NCBI GenBank assembly: GCA_951406725.2
Contig: OX597814.1
Coordinates: 113,398,001-113,462,000, forward strand
Source: Octopus vulgaris
Taxonomy: Eukaryota
Reading direction: 5' to 3'
Length of the DNA: 64,000 bases
Part shown: positions 54,748 through 64,000 of the stretch, in pieces
How the letters are laid out: each line of letters begins with the position of its first letter
Position numbering within the stretch: position 1 is the first letter of the stretch
Made by a program: the position numbers and the translations under genes
The notes under the pieces: generated by a model
Database searches by the model: none
Told to the model about the DNA's origin: nothing
Seen by the model: the letters and a program-made list of their open reading frames with translations, nothing else

Positions 54748-54808
54748 CTGGGAGAATTTCGGACCTCATTCCTAAGGTAGTCCAAATACCTCATTCCTAA
54801 GGTATTTA

Positions 54809-54880
54809 GGGCATATGGCGTAGTGGTTAAGAGCGTGGGCTGCTAACTCCAAGATTCCGAGTTCGATTCCAGGTAGTGAC
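54809..54880 (+). pseudogene. tRNA-derived head (A and B boxes; GCT at the anticodon-like position)
   Basis: TGGCGTAGTGG A-box and GAGTTCGATTCC B-box; the acceptor stem does not pair, so this is not a functional tRNA. Confidence 0.7.
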
Positions 54881-55489
54881 TTGAATGATAATAATAATAA
54901 TAATAATAATAATAATCACAACATCGGAAAATACCTTAGGAATGAGAACCCAGTTTCGAAATTCACCCAGGACACCTGATGAAGACTGGCAAATATATCA
55001 ACCGAATGATTCTGCGCGGTAATGATTCTGCCAGCTCGCCGCCTTAAAGTTTGTATATACATAGTAAATGTTATACACACCGGTATCTTATACTTATTTT
55101 CTTTTCTGAAGAGAATCGAGACATCTTCAAGAAATTATATGTAATACTAAAGAAAGATTATTATAACTTTGGACGCTGACAAGCAGGTTGTTTGAAATTT
55201 GGTGGTTTGCTTCCCAAAAGTGACAACCAGTCACAAGAATAGATACCGTTGCTATATTCTCTTTTTTTTGGGGGGTGGGGATACATTTTATTTCCCAACT
55301 TCAAAGAATGAAAAGTAAAGTTCATCAGGTATAACTTGAACTCAGAAACTAGTTAACATAAAATGTATCACAACACAACTGCAACCTTCTATTTCGGGCA
55401 TGAGGTATCACGTATTTTAAACTATTCGGTTTTATATTTTTAAATAGTTATAACCAATGCAGTATCAATACTTTTCTCTCTCTTCCTCA

Positions 55490-55525
55490 CTTTCTGATGA
55501 GGGACAAAATCCCAAAACGTTAGAG
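55490..55525 (+). ncRNA. Hammerhead motif with G12>A change (probably inactive)
   Basis: CUUU-CUGAUGA-GGGA(CAAAA)UCCC-aAAAC-GUU-AGAG. Confidence 0.6.
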
Positions 55526-56090
55526 AATTTACTCCGACTTAGGAAACTTTACTATTAACTTTCTTATGCTGTTGCAATTTTTTTAATGTTTTGGTTTTCT
55601 TTTTTAAACGAGCGAGTGTAAGGGGAGCAACCATGATAACGATGGTGATGCTGGTTGTGATAATGGTGATGATGATATTGGTTTTGATGATGATGATGAT
55701 AATGATGTCGACAGTGGTGATAATGTTGGTTGCAAAGATGATGACAATGGTGATGATAATGATAGTAGTTATGGCGAGGTCAGGATGATGATGGTTGTCA
55801 TAATGATGATGATGATGACGACGACGAAGATGGTTATGATTGATGATGGAAGTGATAATGGCAAAGAGAGCGGTGTAGTACAATAAATGATGATGATGAT
55901 GATGACGACGATGAGATAATGATTATAATGATGATGACGATGAAGATGAAGGTGATGATGATGAGGAGGTGTAGGAGGAAAGGGAGAAAGTGGATGATGA
56001 TGATAAGGATGGTGATAGTAATGATGAAAATGAGAAAGATGGGGGTAGAGTTCGTGGCAAATCTGATGCCAATGACAGTAATGATGATGG

Positions 56091-56133
<43 letters not shown>

Positions 56134-56280
56134 AACAACGACGGCGACGACGACAGTATTGATGATGGTGAGGAGGGAAAGGAAAAAGCGGTGGATGCTA
56201 ATGATAATGATGTGTTGTGGCTTTCGTGGTGACTTAAAGATGATGACGGTCCAAAACTCGTATATATCAATACATACATG

Positions 56281-56509
56281 CAGCAAACCCTCGACTATCG
56301 CGGGAGTTACGTTCCAAAACCACCCCGCCATTGGGGAAAATCCGCGAAGTAGAAAGAGTACTGTACTGTATGTCTTTTTTAAAACATATTTTTATAATTT
56401 GTATATATTTATTTTATTATGAATGTAAAACAACACCGCGGAGGAATCGACGTAAGGTTAAATGATAAACCGCGATAGGTGAAGCGGGATATGGCGAGGG
56501 ATTACTGTA
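56281..56509. mobile_element. Tigger/pogo-like MITE
   Basis: CAGCAAACCCTCGACTATCGCG ... GGGATATGGCGAGGGATTACTG-TA imperfect terminal inverted repeats. Confidence 0.7.
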
Positions 56510-56669
56510 CACTGCTGTGTGGTAAGTAGCTTACTTACCAAGCACATGGTCATGGTTTCGGTTTCAGTCCCACTGCGTGGCACCTTGGGCAGGTGTCTTC
56601 TAGTAATGCCTCGGGCCGACTAAAGCCTTGTGAATGGATTTGGTAGACGGAACCTGAAAGAAGACCGTC

Positions 56670-56768
<99 letters not shown>

Positions 56769-56886
56769 TGTGTGTGAGTTTGTCCCTACAACACCGCTTG
56801 ACAAACAATACTGGTGTGTTTCATAGACCATTTGGGGTCTATTTCTAGCAGACTGGTGTTCTAACCATTCAGCACCCTTGTTATAA

Positions 56887-56927
<41 letters not shown>

Positions 56928-58467
56928 GCACAGGCATACACACACGCTTACATACTACACACATATATACATACATATATTCATCAATCAGTAGTACTTA
57001 ATTCCATTTCGAGTATTCACACTATTTATTCATGTATTTGTTTATTTATTTATTTATTCACATTTATGTATTTGTTTATTTGTTTATCGGCCATAACCAT
57101 CGTCGAAGAATTAGTACACGTATCATTTTGTGGAACTGTCCTTTGATTTTTACAACCACTGTACTCCGTCCAGTTATCAGATAACTTTAAACAACCGCTT
57201 CGTCTTCAATACATGGCTTATAATTGGAGGCTGACCTCTCTGGGTGGGCTAAAAGTAGGAGGGAACTTGTCTAAAGTTTTTGGCATTTAGCACCACGCTA
57301 TCATGTATTTTTACAATCGTAAATTCTAGCGTCGCCATTTCTGTTGCCCTTGCTTTTATTCGGTTTTATTGAAAGGACATAAAAATGGTCTTTACGAATA
57401 GATCATGTTACCAACTGACCCAACTTGGGTTTATTTCCAAAGATTTCTTCAGTTCTTTCTTTATATTTCCTGTTTTACCTTTTACTTGTTTCAGTCATTG
57501 GACTGCGGCCATGCTGGGGTATCGCCTTGAAGGGTTTTAGTCAATCAAGTCGACCCCAGGACTTATTCTCTCCATTTTAAATCTAGTACTTATTACTGTT
57601 GATGTCTTTTGCGAGTTGTTAAGTTAGGGAACGTAAATAGATCAACACCGGTTATCAAGCAGTGGTGAGAGACAATCACAGTTACAAAGGCAAAAAAAAC
57701 ACACACACACACACACAAACACATAGACACATAGACATATACACACGCACACACACACACACACACATACACATACACACACACACACATACACATACAC
57801 GCGTGCACACTCACAGACAGATGCCTGGCTCCTCGTCGGTCACGACGAAGAGTGTTCCAGTTGAAATTAACGTGCAAATGGCTGAGTACTCCACACACAG
57901 ACACGCGCACCATTAACGTAGTTCCCAGGGAGATTCAGCATGACACAGAATGTAACAAGGATGGCCCTTTGAAATACAGGTACAACTAATTTATGCCAGC
58001 TGAGTGGAGTGGAACAACGAGAAATAAAGTGTCTTGCTCAAGGACACAACGCGCTGCCGAGAATCGAACTAAAGACTTTCCGATCGCCAGCTGAATACCC
58101 GAACCACTAAGCTGTATATCTTCACAACATGTATACACGCGATAGGCTTCCTTACAGTTACCCTCTACCAAATCCACTCTCATTGGTCAGTATTGGCCAG
58201 GGATACAGGAGACACTTGGCCAAGGTGCCGCGCAGTGTCTTCTCTAACACTATGGAAGACTGAATAGAGTATCTAGGAATACATTATCATATGTGCTCTT
58301 TATTTTCTGGTATAAAGATTAGGTGGCTGCATTCTATTGTGAGTGGCTTTGGGAGACGAAAACTGAAAGAAGCTCGTTGTATGTTTGTGTGTCTGTGTTT
58401 GTACCCCCACCGTCGCTTGACAACTGATGCTGGTGTGTTTATGTTCCCGTAACACCGTAACACAGCA

Positions 58468-58753
58468 GTTCCATACACAGCAGAAATGGTGCGAGCAGCT
58501 TTTGCGACCTTAGAACCTTGATTAAAAGCCAAAAGAAGGAGGTGTCGAAAATGCTCGTTTTCTTAACTTGACATTTCATTTTAATGATCTGAAAATAAAT
58601 AAAAGTTCACTAAAATTAACTAGAAAAAAAAAAAAGATTCCAAAATATTCAAAAATAGAATTCTCGAAAAAAAAAATAGATTCCAAAATTTAAAAACGCA
58701 AGAAATTCCAAAATTTAAAAAAAACGGGAGGAACTTATTTGCCAACCTAATAT
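58468..58753 (-). mobile_element. Mariner 5' end: terminal repeat plus start of transposase
   Basis: TATTAGGTTGGCAAATAAG terminus; the minus strand encodes NEHFRHLLLLAFNQGSKVAKAARTISAVYG, a mariner N-terminal HTH region. Confidence 0.85.
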
Positions 58754-58822
58754 CTTATACCTGTTTAGGCAGACGTCTTGCTAGCCACTTCATTATTACT
58801 GTTTATTTACTTTATTTAATTT

Positions 58823-58876
<54 letters not shown>

Positions 58877-59056
58877 TTTATAATTAGGGTTCAGCAAAGA
58901 TTTGCTTTACTACATACCGAAGTTTAGAGATAGCAGTCGAAAAACCTTAGCTATTTCTTCTACTTTAAAAAGGGACTCCCAGAAAAACCAAAATACTTGA
59001 AAACAATCTACGCAGGCAGAGAGGAAAAATAACGAAAATCAATCCATATCTGGTCA

Positions 59057-59141
59057 CCCATGTACGCGCGTTTCGGAATTAGATTGGTATAAAGAATATA
59101 GAATTATACTTTACCCAACCATTTTCGTTCATCAGCATGGG
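59057..59141 (-). ncRNA. Type I hammerhead ribozyme
   Basis: CCCAUG-CUGAUGA-a..long imperfect stem II..-GAAAC-GCGC-GUA-CAUGGG. Confidence 0.85.
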
Positions 59142-59671
59142 ATTCCAACAATATTAAATATTAAATATTAAATTCGAAGGCACTGGAAGAATTGAATATA
59201 TCTCTCCATCTAACGGTATCAGACAGATCATATTCAGTGTTAGTGCCGCCGAATTCGAAATGTGAATGAGGTTCATCACCTTCCCCTGCCCATCAGCGCA
59301 TGTCGTCAAATAAGATACTACAGAAAAAAACTGTAGTTTATTATCAGGGAGAAAAATTCCATTATCAATAATAACAAAGGGTAAAATTAATTAATTAAGA
59401 AGTAATCAATAATTTCACCAAGTAGAATTCGGCATGAAAAAAGACTATTTCACGGTAAACTTAAGAAATACTTTATAATTAGGGTTCAGCAAAGATTTGC
59501 TTTACTACATACCGAAGTTTAGATATAGCAATCAAAAAACTTAGCTATTTCTTCTACTTTAAAAAGGGACTAACACTGAATATGATCTGTCTGATACCGT
59601 TAGGTGGAGAGATATATTCAATCCTTCCAGTGCCTTCGAATTTAATATTTAATATTTAATATTGTTGGAGT

Positions 59672-59756
59672 CCTATGCTGATGAACGAAAATGGTTGGGT
59701 AAAGTATAATTCTATATTCTTTATACCGATCTAATTCCGAAACGCGCGTACATGGG
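59672..59756 (+). ncRNA. Type I hammerhead ribozyme (inverted copy)
   Basis: CCUAUG-CUGAUGA...GAAAC-GCGC-GUA-CAUGGG; the C>U change in stem I leaves a G-U pair. Confidence 0.85.
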
Positions 59757-60033
59757 TGACCAGATATGGATTGATTTTCGTTATTTTTCTTCTCTGCCTG
59801 CGTAGATTGTTTTCAAGTATTTTGGTTTTTCTGGGAGTCCCTTTTTAAAGTAGAAGAAATAGGTAAGGTTTTTCGACTGCTATTTCTAAACTTCGGTATG
59901 TAGTAAAGCAAATCTTTGCTGAACCCTAATTATAAAGTATTACTTAAGTTTACCTTGAACTGGTCTTTTTTCATGCCGAATTCTACTTGGTGAAATTATT
60001 GATTACTTCTTAATTAATTAATTTGACCCTTTG

Positions 60034-60096
<63 letters not shown>

Positions 60097-60325
60097 GTTG
60101 TGCATGGGGAGAATCATTCTCTTTTAGTGCCTCATTTTTTAACACACCGATTCAGTTTCCGCTCATTTGCTTATTCATTTTCTATATTTTCTTTCATTTC
60201 TCTATTTGTTTCAGTCATTTACCGCTAGGTTACAGGGACGTAAACACGCCAACATCGGTTGTCAAGCGATGGTGGTGGTGGAACAAACACAGACACACAA
60301 AATACAAACATTTGATAAGTTCCCT

Positions 60326-60380
<55 letters not shown>

Positions 60381-60637
60381 ATGCGTGTCTGTGTTTGTCC
60401 TACCACCATCGCTTGACAAATATGATGGGATGTTTATGCCTACGTAACATTCGCTGTTCGGCAAAAGAGACCGATAGAATAAGCACTAGGCTTACAAAGA
60501 ATAAATCCTGGAGTCGATTTGTTCGACTAAAAGGCGGTGCTCCAGCATGGCCGCAGTCAAAATGACTGAAACAAAAAAAGAGTAAAAGAGTAAGTAGGTT
60601 TGAAATTCTGAACGACAGTTCGTGAGATAAGCAAGGG

Positions 60638-60674
<37 letters not shown>

Positions 60675-60888
60675 GGGGAAGAGAGTTAGAGAGAGAGTGT
60701 CAGGCGAGGCCCGTTATGTCATTTTCTCGCTCACTTTAGTTTATTAATGGCGGTGTTAAGTGGAGAAGAATTGGTTCAACTGTTTAATAGGGAACGGGTC
60801 ACGGATTACACGCAATAACTCCATCACCACCAGTGTGGCCGACATCAGAGGTAAATCGACTATGGCAGCAGTAATACTGCTGCTGCTG

Positions 60889-60949
<61 letters not shown>

Positions 60950-61147
60950 ATCCACTACCTAAACCATCATCACTACCACCACCACTACAAGAACAACAAC
61001 TACCACCGCCACAACCACTACCACCACCATGACTACTACTACTACTACTCAACCATTACCACCACCATCACCACGACGACGTCTACTACTACTACTACCA
61101 ACACCATCAACACCACCACCACCACCATGACTACCACGACTACCACG

Positions 61148-61197
<50 letters not shown>

Positions 61198-61552
61198 CAC
61201 CACTACCACCACCACCATTACTACTACTACTACCACCGCTACCCCCACCATTACTACTGCTACCACCACCACCACCACCACCACCACCACCACCACCACC
61301 ACCACCACTATTACTACTATTACTACAAGTGCGTCACGTGAATTATTGATTCCATAACCGTCTGAGAATTCTCTTGCAGCCGTTTTATCTTGTTGCGATC
61401 TTTATCAATCTAATGTTACCTTAAACTTAACGCCTCCCAACCGATTTAATCCTCTACCATCACCACTACCACCACCACCATCACCATCACCACCACCACC
61501 ACTACCACCACCGCTACCACCACATACTACTACTACTACAACAACAACAACA

Positions 61553-61591
<39 letters not shown>

Positions 61592-62265
61592 GCTACTACT
61601 ACCACCAACGATTACCACCACCACCACCACCACCACCACCACCAATAACAATAACAACATCGAGTAAGCTTATCCCCCCACCACCACCGTTACTATGCTG
61701 CCACTACCAACACCAGCACCACCACCACCACCACTATCGGCGCCATCAAACAGCATCATTACCATCATCATAACGCCTCCTCCACCACCACCACCACCAC
61801 CTTAAAAACCACAACCTCCACCACCGTAATTATCGTAACCAACACCAGCGCCACCACCACCACCACCATAAATACCAACACTTCCCATACAACCACCACT
61901 ACACCTCCACCACCAGCATATCTCCACCACCACCACCACCACCACCACCTCCACCATCACCACCACCCCCACCAAAACCACCACCACCACCACCACCACC
62001 ACCACCAGCTCCACCGCCAAATACCTATCACCATCACCGGCTATCAATTTAACTAATATAATTGACTTGAAGTATATGCTAGTTAACAGCAACATATAAC
62101 ACCAAAGACTAACATTTGCGTTCTTTTCAACACCAATCACTTCTCTCGTTAGTTTACACACAATACATACATACATACATACATACATACATACATACAT
62201 ACATACATACATACATACATACATACATACATACATGCACATAGAATTCTACATCTAATTAAAAG

Positions 62266-62318
<53 letters not shown>

Positions 62319-62615
62319 TATATATTTATGTATTTTTGTCTGTTAGATGCTTTTTGCATTAGTTGTTCTTGTTGAAACCCCCGCCTGTATCTTATTAGTA
62401 ACTTCTGCATGTGTGGCCCTTCTTTATTGCACTCACAGTGATCTTTATTAATAGATTCGCTGCCCTTGCAAGTCTGATTATTAAACAGAATAAAAAGTGA
62501 AAAACTGTTATTTCCACTTCAAACAATGATGAATTCAAATTTTGGTGCAGACACAGCGATTTTTGAGGGGATGGTTGACGGTGGTGGTGGTGTTGGGAGG
62601 TGAGTCGATTCCATC

Positions 62616-62855
62616 GGCGGTGGTAGTAGTACCATTAATTGTCGGAGCACTGGGAACAGTGAGCAAAAATCTTGAGAAGTACGTGGAACAACTAGGGGCT
62701 GCAATAAGGGTGGAGCACTTGCAGAAAACAGCACTGCTTGGAACCGCTCGAATACTCTGGAAGGTGCTCGAAAAATAAGGGGTGTTACCTTAGTTCACTG
62801 GTAGTGAACAGCTAACACCATAGTACTACTCCTGCGTTAGAAGTTGTGCAAAGGC

Positions 62856-62856
<1 letters not shown>
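62616..62856 (+). pseudogene. R4/Dong-type (RLE-clade) non-LTR element 3' end followed by (TAA)n
   Basis: VVVVPLIVGALGTV...LQKTALLGTARILWKVLE, a short 3' UTR, then (AAT)n. Confidence 0.8.
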
Positions 62857-62910
<54 letters not shown>

Positions 62911-63026
62911 GTAATAATAATAACAATGAATAATATTTGGCAAAGATACCCACATGTGAGTGGATTTGGTAGATGGAAAATGGAAGAAGTCTATCGTATA
63001 CATACATTCAGACATACATACATACA

Positions 63027-63058
<32 letters not shown>

Positions 63059-63089
63059 CATACATACATACACATATATATATATATAT

Positions 63090-63183
<94 letters not shown>

Positions 63184-63245
63184 CATGACTGACCGCTAGC
63201 TCCAAATTTTTTTTTTATTCTCTCTCTGTTTATTTCCTCGTGTTT

Positions 63246-63281
63246 CTTTCTGCTGAAGAGCGAAGGCTCGAAACGTAAACG
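63246..63281 (+). ncRNA. Hammerhead motif with CUGCUGA core (family 3, element about 63182-63372, nested in a family B SINE microsatellite)
   Basis: CUUU-CUGCUGA-A-GAGC(GAAG)GCUC-GAAAC-GUA-AACG. Confidence 0.62.
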
Positions 63282-64000
63282 ACTTTCTCACCTTCCTGAG
63301 CGTTAAACTATTACACTTGATTGCTGTTTATACACTTGCCTTCGTCTTTTGTTTTTCTGTCAATTTCAACTATATATATACACGCCCTTCGTATATGTAT
63401 GCATGTGTGTGTGTCTTTGTGATTATCCCCCACCGTTGCGTGACAACCGGTGTTGGTGTGTCTACATCCCGTATCTTTGCGGTTCGGCAAAAGAGTCCAA
63501 CAGAATAAGTACCAGGCTTAAAAGAAAACAAATATGTACTGGGGTCGATTCATTCGGTAAGAAATTTTGCAAGGCACTGCTCCAGCATGGCGTGGTCTAT
63601 AACTGTAGCAAATAAAAGATAAACGAGAAATTTCTTTAATTATTTTCCTATTGAAAATTAGCATTCATTTTCTCATTTTGTACAAGCACCAAGAGAACTG
63701 ATAAGAGTTAAATTATGATTATTGTATGTATGCTATATTTCCTGATAGTAACCAGCATGGTAAAGGAATACTTCCAAAGTTACCCGTCATAAGACGTGTA
63801 ACTCTAGTACACAGAATTAAGGAGAAAATACAAGCTTACAAGATCTGATAATAAAAGGGTTTTTTATGATTTCTAATTACAAACAATACAACTGCTAACT
63901 CTGACGCCTTAACCCAATATAAACTGATAAAAAAATATGTTTTCTTACGAAATAAAAATGTCTCATAAATTGACTGAGTCAGACGATAAGTATGCAATGT

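Larger units (their letters stand above)
58876..60037 (+). mobile_element. Family 1 HHR element: 3' anchor segment (59569-60037, +) plus an inverted 1.17-unit segment (58876-59571), unit ~595 bp
   Basis: CTTTATAATTAGGGTTCAGC at 58876 and 59471; the right part is the reverse complement of a permuted unit; (TA)n on both sides. Confidence 0.9.

Noticed and set aside
54809-54880. Functional tRNA-Ser(GCT) gene
   Set aside because: The acceptor stem is unpaired and there is no long variable arm; treated as an element head.

Overview
Eukaryotic, AT-rich non-coding DNA with very dense microsatellites. The SINE types and repeat landscape suggest an octopus or other coleoid cephalopod; this is an inference. 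I find no intact host gene, and nearly all listed ORFs are translations of simple repeats. Real coding remnants are decayed transposons: RTE-type reverse transcriptase and 3' ends, an L1/Tx1-type 3' end, an R4/Dong-type 3' end and mariner pieces. There are also many tRNA-headed SINEs and several MITEs. The main hidden signal is a dense population of type I hammerhead ribozyme (HHR) motifs: 12 with an intact CUGANGA/GAAA/GUH core, 6 with core substitutions, and several half-motifs. They lie in short non-coding elements that mostly sit in (TA)n tracts, share fixed 3' tails, and often carry 5' inversions. One family has a 560-600 nt unit inserted as more-than-unit-length, circularly permuted copies with fully covarying ribozyme stems. 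That pattern fits retrozyme-like or non-autonomous Penelope-like elements copied from circular or multimeric RNA. One element joins a tRNA-derived Pol III head to an HHR. All structures were read by eye, and no activity or database match was tested.
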